A stretch of 57,646 nt of DNA, the filler included, from Circinaria calcarea (Eukaryota), in the NCBI GenBank assembly GCA_051942165.1. It is 3 parts of 3 records of this genome, joined end to end, with 100 filler letters (N's around TTAATTAATTAA, not from the genome) between each part and the next. Parts side by side here need not be neighbours in the genome. Positions count along the whole stretch, not along the records: positions 1 to 19,169 come from JAVECS010000214.1; positions 19,270 to 38,415 come from JAVECS010000215.1; 1 more part is not named here. One strand, 5' to 3'. Numbering within the stretch: position 1 is the stretch's first letter; each line of letters starts with the position of its first letter. The position numbers and the translations under genes are program-made. Shown here piece by piece: positions 12,843 through 24,683 of the stretch. The notes below the pieces were generated by a model that had not been told where the DNA came from, made no database searches, and worked only from the letters and a program-made list of their open reading frames with translations.

Positions 12843-13150
12843 CAGTAGACCTTGGTTATAACAAGTTGAAAAAGTTAGGAATTTATCCCGTTATAATCAA
12901 GTTCTCATTGAAGTCAGATGGGGCTGAGTGAATAGTGGGGTACTTGTACTGTATAAAACTTTGAATTATGCATAGGCTTATGCCATAATATTCGCCTTAT
13001 GCACATAGGCCCTGTCATAATCCTAACTTTATACACGATTATGTATAACGAGTTACCGCAAAAAAGTTGGAATTATTACCGAGGGCTCGTAGTACGGAGA
13101 TTCTCCCAGGTTCTCGTCAAAGTCAAACTCGTTATAATCAAGGTCTACTG
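12843..13150. mobile_element. MITE, Tc1/mariner-pogo type (308 bp)
   Basis: 25-bp TIRs: CAGTAGACCTTGGTTATAACAAGTT versus the reverse complement of the right end, CAGTAGACCTTGATTATAACGAGTT (2 mismatches). TA flanks both sides. No transposase is encoded. Confidence 0.85.
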
Positions 13151-13277
13151 TAGAATAACTTTCGTAAACTGTCAACCTATGCCTGGGACACAACGCTCTT
13201 CACCCTAGGCTTTAATGCCAGTGTTGGGGCTTACGTAAGCCGACCAGTATTTTAGCGAACTCTCTTGCTCTTACCTA

Positions 13278-13534
13278 GCACGCGGTTGACAGAATTCTCG
13301 GCACACCAAAACTCCGCCCCACCTATATTCTACGCAACACCACATACATTTACTTAGTAGGTATAGGAAATTCGTGATTTAATTTATGATTCCAAGAATA
13401 GGAGAGGTGACTCGACGTTTCCCCGACATTTTGCATAGAAATTGTATGTGGTGTAGTGGAGAAAAGTCGTGGTGTTGCGTAGAAATTAGGTGGGGCGGAG
13501 TTTTGGTGTGCCGAGAATTCTGTCAACCGCGTGC
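13278..13534. mobile_element. MITE with 66-bp TIRs (257 bp)
   Basis: 13278-13343 and 13469-13534 are inverted repeats with 2 mismatches, beginning GCACGCGGTTGACAGAATTCTCGG. CTA lies directly on both flanks, a putative 3-bp TSD. Confidence 0.88.
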
Positions 13535-13852
13535 CTAGTTACATGAACATGCAGAAAATTCCATGATCCTTGAACGTAGTGCATTGCAGGAACACACCAG
13601 CTAATTTCCCTACGGTGACTTGGCTTCCGATCAGCCTTTTATGCACCAACACACCAACAACGACCGAGATCAAGAGGGTTAGCTGATAAGCTGAAACCTG
13701 CTGAACCACTTCCACGCAATATGTGTAGATCTTGTCCATGTACGGTCAGTTCTGTGTGCACAGCCCAAACTGTTCTGCGTCCAGATGGTTCTTAATCATA
13801 ATAAACTATGCTTGATCTCATTTCATACTACATAATAGAAGGCCCAGATAAC

Positions 13853-13956
13853 ACATACGGCCATGGACTCAAAAATCCTGGGCATCCTGTCCAACATAAA
13901 CTTGGGATCGGCTGATTCGTGATTGGGTGGCCACCAACGAATACCAGCTGTTGTAT
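13853..13956 (+). pseudogene. Degenerate 5S rRNA pseudogene
   Basis: Aligns end to end with the 5S gene at 34012-34130 (ACATACG.CCAT.GACTCAA...CGAATACCAG.TGTTGTAT). It has substitutions and two internal deletions of about 9 and 5 nt, and is followed by a T-run. Confidence 0.85.
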
Positions 13957-14535
13957 TTTTTATCATTTGCTACGCCTTCATCCTCCGTTGGTCATCTCAG
14001 GTTATCTACTTTCTTGGATGCCGCTAATGCCTACCTAGTTATGTTAATGGACGACGTTGTTGAGTTGTCTAACGCCGGCCTGCTCTGGAATAGTACAATA
14101 TGGTAGTCGGCTTATGTGTTGAGCCGACTGCTTCATCCAATAGGCTGAGCTCTCCCGGCTTACGATAGGAAATGCATCTTTCAGGCGCGCCAATCTACTG
14201 CTGCTTCGATTCTGCTTTTTGGTGGCATCGGAGCAGCTAGCCACGTCAACAAGGCGTCGGGGATCCAACCCACATCTTACAGATCATCTTTGTTGCAGCA
14301 GCCCATGAACTCAAGGCAAACCGCCGTAGACGTGCCGCAGTCAGTCTTCACGGGTGCCTGGTCAATGAAGCCAGCTGAGAAGGTGAGGTAGAGCATGGCA
14401 AGAAATCGCTGTGCTTTCTAACCTGGCCCCGCCCTACATAAGGCGGCTATCTCCCAATACTTACAGTGATTTGATCTTCGACGTGCTTCGTACTCACCAG
14501 ATTTCTTTTCCTGTTTCTCGTCCGACTATCTTAAT

Positions 14536-16857
14536 ATGCCTGATATCCCATCGGGAACGGGCGGCACACCACTGGCCAATGGCGCAGTAGAGGTCAATGA
14601 TTCATCCCAAGCCGATGTGGCCGAACGTATCAACGGTGTCTCTAAGCCTGACGTGATAAGCAAGTCCGATAGCGTTTTCGAGGACGATGGTGCATCAAAA
14701 GGAGCCACTGAGACCGGCCACAAAACTGAAATCAAGTATCTCGAGGAGAGATACAACAAAGCTGGGGAGACTGAAATCATAGAGGTCGGTGCTCATAGGC
14801 CAGGTTCCAAGGAACGCTTTGAGGATTATGCTTTGGTCACGAAGCAATCCTACAACAAAGATGACACTCTCCGTACTGCCAGTATCCAGGTCAATTCACT
14901 CTACTTGCTTCGTATCCTACAGGAAGTGGTGGGAGCGTACCCTACGCAACCCGCTGGCTTCGAAGTGCCGATAGTCGAGGAAGCCCCGTTTCAACTATTC
15001 TACCATTACAGAACAAACATCGCTCAGTACGACACTCGAGATGATGAAATCTCTAAGACTCACCACGAGCTCTTGTTGAAGCATATTGACGCGGAGTTAG
15101 GTCGTGCAAGCGCGGAGACAGCAAAGCTTGTCAGCAAAGGTTTCATTACTTTCCCTCTTCTCTGGACTATCTTCAAGCCTGGAGAGTTGCTCTATGGGTC
15201 CTCCTACGGGCATGCAAGGCTTTACCGATTGGACAAGACTTTGTACAGAGAGAACATCAAGACAGGACCATTCTTCGAAGTTCATTGTAGCTACGTGGAC
15301 TACAATGGTACCAACGTTGGCAGAGCGAGAGAAAAGCTCTATTTATTCGATGAGCGCCACTTCACGGGGAGGAACCCTTCCGAAATCACCTCTTTGCCTG
15401 TCTACCCTAGGAAGTTTGTACATGCAGACGAGGGCCTTGAAGCTAGGCTTACAAGCCGCGGAAAACGTCTGCTTGATTTGAAAGGGATAAGAGTGATGCA
15501 GTATGACGGATTGTTGGAGTATCTCAAACTTCCACCATACTCATGGTGGGGCCCCGCTTGTGAGCGAGACGGCCAGTGGCTGCCGATAACGGTAAATCGA
15601 GCCTGTGTTTTATGCTTGACTCCCGCTGACCGCGCGTGTTCCATAGGTTGCTGGCCGCGTCGTTGTTGACAAGAAAACATTCTCCGAGGACTTTGCCGAC
15701 AAATCTGTATCAGTAGATGACACAGAGGCAGCCTCCACAGATACAGACCAAAATGGTCAGTAGTATACTGGCTCGATTCGTCCATTGAGTTGGTACTGAT
15801 AGCACCAAGCTTATCTTCACGTCAGCGGTAGCTCTGTTGAGAACCCCGATGAGCTAAATCCTATGCTCTGCCCGCCGTTTTCGCATGGATATGCTCTCGA
15901 TCGAAAGGCGTGGTGCAAACTTTATGTTGACCAGATGTGGCCTGTTGACTGGCGCCCTGACCCGATGGATGATATCATTTTACCTGAAAATCAGAAGAAA
16001 GTGCTACGGGCTCTAATCGGGTCACACATCTTCCCTGGACAATCCCGGAACGAAATAACTCTGAAAGGAAAAGGATTGGTTGTGCTCTTACATGGAACAC
16101 CGGGAACTGGTAAAACTCTTACAGCCGGTCAGTGGAAAGATCTTTACAGTCCTGGACTATATGAAGAAGCTAACCCAATGTCCAGAGGTCGCTGCTGAAT
16201 ACACCAAGAGGGCTCTACTGAAAATTTCCCTTAGCGACCTCAAAGTTGACGATGGATCCATGGGCTTGGAGGAGAGCATGACAACGTTTCAGAGATACGC
16301 TTCCCATTGGAAAGCGATCATTTTGATAGATGAAGCGGATGTTTTTCTCGAAGCCAGGTCCAGCGAGGGTAGCGGTCCAGCGGAACGGAACGGACTTGTA
16401 GCGGGTACGCAGTGCCTTTGCCATGCTTTCATCCAATGTCTCGATAGCTAACAGCCCCTGAGTCTTTCTCCGCACGCTTGAATACTTCCAAGGCATTATC
16501 TTCCTAACCTCAAACCGGATAAATGTCTTCGACGTGGCTATCAAATCCAGACTCCACTTGGCCCTACAATACTCGGCTCCCACGGCTAGCACACGGCGTC
16601 AGCTCTGGCAGAAGCGGCTGGAAACCGTTCCGGCCGCAGACCGCAACTTCAACCTTGGACAAGTGCTGGACTCAGTGCAGCAGCCTGAGATGAATGGTCG
16701 TGAGATATCGAATTCTATAAACACTGCTCTTACCTTGGCACGAGACGAGAATAAGAAGCTGGAGTTCGATCACTTGCAGACCATAATACAAGTCTGGCAG
16801 GACTTTGGAGTTGCGTTGGAGAAAGAGAGGAAGTCTTCGGACATGAAGATAATCTAA
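14536..16857 (+). CDS. Fungal AAA+ ATPase with long N-terminal domain, multi-exon
   Basis: ITFPLLWTIFKPGEL N-domain, Walker A LLHGTPGTGKTLTA, Walker B LIDEADVFLEAR, VFLRTLEYFQGIIFLTSNR, AIKSRLH and MNGREI. About 4 short introns. Confidence 0.88.
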
Positions 16858-18132
16858 GATTGCGAGGTCAGTGTCTGAAGACCATTTCCCATGGCTCCAG
16901 AACAAGCATCGATGCAGGTCGTTAGAAGAATATGGCTTCGGTCGGTAAGATGAAGCGAATGAAATTTCTAGGATGAGACCCAATTCCTGAATACCTCCTT
17001 CTACTGTCCTATATAACCATTGTGGTGAAGGAACTCATGCCGATCTCGGACTGCCAATCCTGAGCTATCTCCGGCAAATTAGGTATCCGTTGTATGTAAA
17101 CCACTGGGCGTATTGGAGTTGCAGTGCTGAAACCACCTCCTGAAGATTTGGACAGTAATCATCATTCCCGCTTTGACGTCTCGCCGTGAAAGGCTAAAGG
17201 TGGGTCCTCTCGGAGTGTGAGAAGCTTTCAAGTAAAATTCACCATCAACTTTTTCTTAAAGAGCATAGGGATGGCTTCTCTGCGGTCTCTCTTTGACATT
17301 TTTGGTGACCTGTGAAAGCCTATCATGTGTCTCATGCGGCATCTTTTACTTTTCTTTGAGCCTAGAAGATGTGCTGCTTGCCGTTCTCAGCATACGACTT
17401 GAGTTCTGCCTTTGTACGTCTCTACTACTGTAAGGGTCAGGTAAGGGAGATAGATTCTACATAATAGAAGGAGTCGGAAGCCGCTTCCCTTCTCTGAATG
17501 ATTTTTTATTACTTGGATCTATGTACCTATATGGACTTCGTCAGAACCCGGATCAGTTGTCTGCACTGTGTTGTTGACGGCTTACCCCATTTCTAAGTCG
17601 CAATATATCATGCAACCTACAGAGTCTGCGACGCCCGTCCTTGGTTAACATCCACTGCAATAGTGTGCTGACGGTAACACGGATCATGCAAATACCCCGA
17701 AAAGGTGGGTATATCAGCTACTGTACCACCAAAGTATCTCTAGTCTGATGTGCGTCCCATCTAGCCTTCACCTAGCCGGTGCTTGGTCCAATCAGTCTCC
17801 GTGCAATTGTCTTAATTCACTATCGCCTACCCTACGGAGTCGATTGCCGGCTTTTTCACTTGCGATGATGGATCTATTCTCGCCACGTCGCTAGGGCTTA
17901 ATCCAACGAACCACATTGACTCAATGCAAGCGACCTTCTCATTAACTTGCGCATAGCGTGACTTTCGTGAAAAGGACCTGTAAACTTGACTATATCAAGT
18001 TTCCCTGACGTCTTAATCGTCATCAACACTGCATTTGTTTCATCTTATACCCGAGATCTCTCTGAGATCTTTGCGCACTACGGAGTTGCCCTTATAATCC
18101 CATGCCGGGTCCCCGTGCTCATACAGATAGAT

Positions 18133-18820
18133 ATGCTGTTCATTCTCTTTATCCCGTATCTGTTTAATGCGCTCATCTTGAAGACAACAGCTGCCACTTC
18201 ATCAACACATAATGTTAAGCCATACCACATTAATGTCCCAGATGGCACCTGGAGGTATCGCATTCTAATAATCATGGTAGGATGGCACTGTGCTAACACC
18301 TTCTTACAGTCTCAAGCCTCATTATAGCTCTGGGCACCATACAGTCCACCAGGACAGCCCCAGGTCGAGCGTCATCAGACTTAACCCATCTACGTCGTCT
18401 CGGCTCACCCTTCGCACCAGTTCCCGTGTGAACATCCACAAGCGGACTAATGGGATCCAGGTGACATTACACATGTCCCAGCGGATTGCAGGAGCCGCCG
18501 TCTCTGTCCTCCTCAGCGAAGCTTACGGCGTCGTAACAGATGTTATTGAGCAGATAGCAGACGGCGTCATTGTCCCTCCAGGGTTCCGTTGGACAGTTCC
18601 GAACGGTCTCTCTATCACCACATGGAATAGTAATAATCGCGACATGACCTGGAGCGATCTTGGGGAGGTTATCGTTACCATAGCGCAGCTTATGGCTGAG
18701 CATGGCTGGGGAACAGCCAATTTTGTCATATATCAAGCATCCTTGGAGCTTGGGAGGGGAGAGATTCGCCAATCGGGGACGGGAGGATCTGGGTTGCCAC
18801 GGGCGGAGCTGCATACTTAG
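18133..18820 (+). CDS. Small putative secreted protein of unknown function
   Basis: Hydrophobic N-terminus MLFILFIPYLFNALILKTTAA. An intron at about 18255-18309 (GTATCG..GCTAAC..CAG) joins in frame to ORF 18290-18820. Confidence 0.6.
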
Positions 18821-19169
18821 TAATTGGGGGGTTTAGTTTTTTTTTGGCTAGAAATTTGTTATGCTCGGGAGCACGGCACCGATGGGCTAAGCTCGATGCT
18901 GTAAAGCACGGGGGGCAGAAACTGTGCATTCGTATTGGCCACACTAGGTCCACTAGTATAACATAGCTCCGTTGTGGATGTACAATTGGGGGCTTTCGCA
19001 AGAATCTTGTAAGAGGTTTGTTATGTACGGAAGCCCGGCGCCGATACCTTAAGCCTGATATGGTAAGGCCCAGGTGGCAGGCATAGCCTGTTCACGCGGA
19101 ATCCTCGCCTCCGTATTGGCCAGAATACATAGGTCACATTAGTATAACATAGCTTCAATGTTAATAACA

Positions 19170-19269
19170 NNNNNNNNNNNNNNNNNNNNNNNNNNNNNNN
19201 NNNNNNNNNNNNNTTAATTAATTAANNNNNNNNNNNNNNNNNNNNNNNNNNNNNNNNNNNNNNNNNNNN
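19170..19269. other. Scaffold gap with artificial TTAATTAATTAA spacer
   Basis: N-runs flank TTAATTAATTAA. An identical construct occurs at 38416-38515. Confidence 0.97.
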
Positions 19270-19776
19270 AAACGAGGGGTTTGGGTGTTTGGGGGGGGGG
19301 GAAATATGCGAGAGGTACCCTAGACCATCGTACTCATGATTCATGTTGCGGGGTAGGGCGATTTTGCTTTGCGGTAGAAGTAGAAAAAGAACAAGTAAGG
19401 TAAATACGAGTAAATGGACATGTCAGGATTTTTTGGGGGGAAATAATCTGCTACCTGGTAGTTTTTAAATAACCCGACTTAGGATACCATACCAAATTCT
19501 AACCGAATAAAAAAAAAAACCACCGACGGCTGGTTCCATTAGGAAAAACAGTCTACAAAGCATAGTGCTATAACCCATATCAGAAGTCCTCGAATCTCCT
19601 TTCGACTTCCAAAGCTCGACAAACTCGGCCGTCTGTCCGGCTTTTCCCTAATCTACCCGCTTCACTCGTTGATTCATAAGCCCATACTTGAGGTTTGGTA
19701 GGAATGCCTCCAGAACTCTACCGAGAGCAACGAGGCAAATCAACCCATCGTCCCTCACTTCGTACCTACCAAACTC

Positions 19777-22700
19777 CTACTTCACAATCTTACACACCAA
19801 GTCTTGCCCATCGACCGAGTCACCCTCCTTGACCTGCAACGATCCAACCTTACCCGAATGGGGCGCACTGATGACCATTTCCTGCAGAGAGACAGATAAG
19901 CATTTGCATCGTTTGCTGATACCGTCTGCTGGCGGAAAGAACCTACCATCTTCATCGCACTCAAGACCGCAATCGGGTCTCCCTTCTTAACTTCGCCACC
20001 CTCATGTACCCTCACCTCTACGACGACACCAGACATTGGCGCTCCCACCTGACTGCTGTCACCGCTGTCGGCCTTTGGTCTGCTGACGTTGTCCACAGCA
20101 GCCTTGTTGTCTTCTACGCTAACCTGCCGGACTTCTCCGTTCATCTCGTAAAAGACTTCGCGCTGGCCCGTCGTGTCCGACAGAGGGCCGATCGCGAGCA
20201 TCTTTAAGATAAGCGCTTTGCCCTTCTCCAGTTCGACGACAAATTCTTCGCCAACTTCCGGTTTGGCAAGGAAATACTTGGTCGGCAAAACGGACAAATC
20301 GCCGTACTTGGAGACGAACTTCCGGTAATCCTCAAAGACCTTGGGATACATGGCATAGCTGGCAACATCACATTCGGAAGCACTGCCGAACTTCTCGTTG
20401 ATCTCCTTTTTAATCTTCTGGAGATCCAAGGGTTCCAGGTAAAGGCCGGGGCGTTTGTCAAGCTTACGGCGACCACGCAGTGCGTCCGTCCGCAAGGGCT
20501 CCGGGAAGCCTCCGTACGGCTGACCCATCAAGCCCTCGAAGAATTCGAGCACAGACCCAGGGAAGTCAAGTTCCTTTGCCTTCTTAATAACATCATCGTA
20601 GCTGAGCTTATTGGAAACCATAAACTGCGCAAGATCTCCCACCACTTTCGACGTCGGCGTAACTTTTACAATGTCACCAAGAAGATCATTGGCTTGCTCA
20701 TAGGCCTTCTTTGTCTCTGTCCACTGTGCACCAAGTCCTAGTTGTGAAGCTTGGAAAAGCAAGTTTGTCAACTGGCCTCCGGGAATTTCATGTTCGTATA
20801 CCTCAGGGTCAGGGCCTGTAAGGCCGGCCTCGAAGGGAGAATACAACAGACGCAGCTGCGCCCAGTAAGTATCTATTGCTCGGACGTTATGACCGTTGAG
20901 ACCAGGATCATGTTCGGTCCCTTCGAGCGATGCGAGTAATGCACCCACACTCGGCTGAGAGGTCATCCCGGACATGCTGTCTGTTGCAGTATCGACCGCA
21001 TCAGCTCCAGCTTCTGCACATGCCACATAAGTCGCAACGCCCGTGCCGGCCGAGTCGTGGCAATGGACATGGATTGGAAGGTCTGGATACTTTTTCCGGA
21101 GTGACCCAATGAGCATGGTAGCAGCCCGGGGTTTCAATACCCCGGCCATGTCTTTGATTCCAAGAACGTGGGTACCAATTTTAACAATCTTCTCTGCCAG
21201 ATCCATGTAGTACTCCAGATTGTACTTCTTCTTTGGATTGAGCATGTCACCGCTGTAGCAAATTGTGGCCTCAACGACACCGCCTGCTTTTTGCACCGCT
21301 TTGATGCCCACCTCGAGCTGGTCGATATCATTGAGGGCATCGAATATCCGGAAGATGTCAACCCCATACCGCTTGGCTTGTTCGCAGAAGTGGTAGATGG
21401 CATTGTCGGGAAGACTACAAGCTATTAGTTGGATCCATCTGTAGAGAGTACTTGAACTCACGATGAATAGGCTACACCGTTAGCGCCACGTAAAAGCATT
21501 TGGAATGGAATGTTTGGAACAAGCCTTCTCATCTTTCGAAGGCGATCCCACGGGTCTTCGTAAAGGAACCGCATGGCTACGTCAAAAGTAGCACCACCCC
21601 AACACTCCAGACTATACGCGTTACTATAAGCGTAACTCGTTTCCCTTGCGATATTTAGCAAGTCTACTGTCCGTACTCGGGTAGCCAGTAAAGACTGATG
21701 AGCGTCTCGCCACGTAGTATCCATGATGAGGCATCCTTTGTTAGCCCGCACTGCTTTGGCAAATGCTTCAGGCCCCTTGGCGTCGAGTATCTGTTTCCAA
21801 CCTTCCGTGCAGGGTTGACTGACATCCATCTCCTTTCCTGTAGCGTCCAGGATTTTCGGCATGATGATATCTCCTTTGAATTTCGGCTCACCGATCTGGC
21901 CCTTGATACTACTACCGTTTACGGCTACATCTGCAAGATAGGCCAGAAGCTTCTGTGCACGGTTTTGACCGCCGACTAGGGCGAACAATTCAGGCGTGTC
22001 GTCAATAAAAGTTGTCCAGCAAGTTCCTTCAATGAACGTCGGATGGGTAAGCAAGGACGCCAAGAAAGGGATGTTGGTTTTTACTCCACGAATACGGAAT
22101 TCGACCAAAGCACGCAGCATCTTTCTTCGTACTATCTCGTAAGTTGAGCCGTGACATGTGCACTTGACAAGCATTGAATCGTAATGAGGCGTGATGATAG
22201 CCCCTGCGAAACCGTTTCCAGCATCAAGACGAACGCCGTTACCGCCTGCGGAACGATACACCTCGATCTTACCGGTATCCGGAGAGAAATTCTGGGCAGG
22301 ATCCTCGGTAGTAATCCGACACTGACAGGCGAATCCACGAATGGAAATCCTTTCTTGGCTCAGACCTAACTGCTCTAGCGATGCTCCTGCGGCGATTTGA
22401 ATCTGTGCGGCAACGATATCGATACCGGTGATCTCCTCGGTGATGGTGTGCTCCACCTGAATACGCGGATTAATCTCGATAAAGTAGTATCGATTCTGCT
22501 TGTCCACCAGGAATTCAGCAGTGCCGGCATTTCGATAATCCACGGACTTTGCTAGTCTCACGGCGTCGCTCAAGATGCTATCCCGCACCTCTGACGGCAG
22601 GTCTTTGGCGGGGGCAAGCTCAACCACTTTTTGATGCCGTCTTTGCACACTGCAATCGCGTTCGAACAGATGAACAACGTTGCCGTGATTATCACCGAGA

Positions 22701-23906
22701 AGCTGGACTTCGATGTGCTTGGGACGATCTAAAAAGCGCTCAACAAACACTGTTCCATTCCCGAAGGCTGATTTTGCTTCTGAAGTTGCCCGGTCGAACG
22801 AGGCTTTGAGATCTTCTTGCTGTCGAACAACCCGCATGCCTCGCCCGCCACCACCGAACGCTGCTTTGATGATGATGGGAAACCCGAATTCGTCGGTAAA
22901 GGACTTGACATCTTCAAACTTCTCGACGGGCCCCGGTGTACCTGGAACCACAGGGACATCACACTTGACGGCTAGCCTCCGTGCTGATACTTTGTCTCCA
23001 AGTGAATCTATGGTTTCTGCCGTTGGACCAACGAAAATCAGACCAGCCTTTTCGACGTTCCTTGCAAATTCGGCGTTCTCCGAGAGAAATCCGTAGCCTG
23101 GATGTATCATCTGGACGCCGTGTTGCAGAGCAATCTTGATAATCTCGTCGCCCGCTAAGTACGCCGCGACCGGTGTATATTGGCCCCGCTTTCCAATCAT
23201 GTAGGCTTCATCGGCTTCTGTGATTGCGGGGAAAGATCAGCAAAAAAGTTCCATGGATGGATGTTCGTACAATGTACTGACTTTGCCGATGCATGCTGAG
23301 ACGGTCCTCATAGCTGGTGCTATCAGCACTGTCATATTCCACGCTCAACCAGATGGCCGTACCTGAAGACCGCTACGGTTTGGAGTGATAGCTCATGTGC
23401 CTATGAACGACAGATCATCAGCCCTCTTGCTTAATAGCGTCATGTCTCCTGAATCGAGTTACAGCCTCTATCGGGGACAAACGCGTGAAGACAGCAAATT
23501 CGAATCAGATACTTACCGTGCGGAAGATCTACATCCAAACCAGCTAGTTAGCATCTTCCAGATCCGTCACTGTATGTTGGGGACATACTCGAATTGCTAG
23601 TGGCCCAGTTAGCCTTCAAGATTGCGCCAGAACCAGCAGCCTGATGGAACTTACGAATCTCTCCTCTATTTGCAACTATCGTCCGCAGGCATCCTCCAGT
23701 CAGCAGGTGATCTCTAACAGCTCTTCTGTATCCCTCTACGTAGCATTGGGCAGTGGGCATGGAAAGGGCTTCGCACCCAGGATTTTTCTCAATTGCATGA
23801 TGGAGCTGTTCGCTCGGATCCTTTGATGGATGCCATCTCTTTGCGAATCATGGCCCTCATCAAACACCTCCGAGTACTGATCGACGATGCGATTTGTGCC
23901 CGGCAT
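19777..23906 (-). CDS. PYC1: Pyruvate carboxylase
   Basis: VANRGEIPIRIFRT (assembled from micro-exons), HPGYGFLSEN, GGGGRGMR, ERDCSVQRRHQK, RDAHQSLLATR, IKDMAG, HCHDSAG and the biotin motif SAMKM. It ends QDLVCKIVK*. Confidence 0.97.
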
Positions 23907-24683
23907 AACGGTCGACACCGGAGCTCCAACCGGTGATAGATAGCTCAATTAAGGGGGTAACAGTGACACAAAAGCTTCCGAAGCTGTAGCCGACGAGCGA
24001 GATACTCTGGAGGTGGTTTATCGATGCCGCACAGAGGAGAAGATGCTCGGGGAAGAAGCGAGGAATGGAAAGACTTTGTGGATATCGACGGTGGGGGGAA
24101 TTTTGGTTGGGTGGGGTCTCTCGGCCTAGTCCGAGGAAGATTGGATTTCAGTTGTCGCGGGAGCGCTAAGCTAAGCGTTGGGGGGTTGACGCTGGTCCGT
24201 GATAACGGGTGAGCGGAAGGAACCATTGATAATACCTACGACATACGAGAATACCACCCTCCCTGCATTCCGCCGTCGTATTGGGACGACGGCCCAGCCG
24301 AGGAACAAGGGCACACAGCTGTAGACTTTGTCACGGCGCAGGACTGGGGAGAATCTAGCCGAGCATTCAGCGTCACGATGCAAAGTGACGGAGCAATCAC
24401 GGCAATCGGAATTATTTTCCATATCTAAAGTACAAAGCGAGAAGCTTTCGACACACTGCTGAACGTCGAATTTTAGGGTGTAGTACAAGGAGCCCGCCAA
24501 CCACAGGGTAGGCTTCCGCACGGGAGTGGCAGATGCAATAGACATAACAAGTTCGACACAAGTTCAGCAATTCACAGGGAAAACGCCCATTCGCTGAATA
24601 AGCAGCCTGTACGGGTTTGGCCCCCGAGCCTCCTTCACGGTGACCTCGGGCCTGCGTGATGCCGGAAATGGACGAGGTAAAGA

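Noticed and set aside
18931..19155. Imperfect direct repeat of about 40 bp (CGTATTGGCC...AGTATAACATAGCT)
   Set aside because: Only two indel-ridden copies beside a contig end. Not CRISPR-like and possibly an assembly artefact.
19170..19269. TTAATTAATTAA palindrome within N-runs (also at 38416-38515)
   Set aside because: An artificial scaffolding spacer with stops in all frames, not biology.
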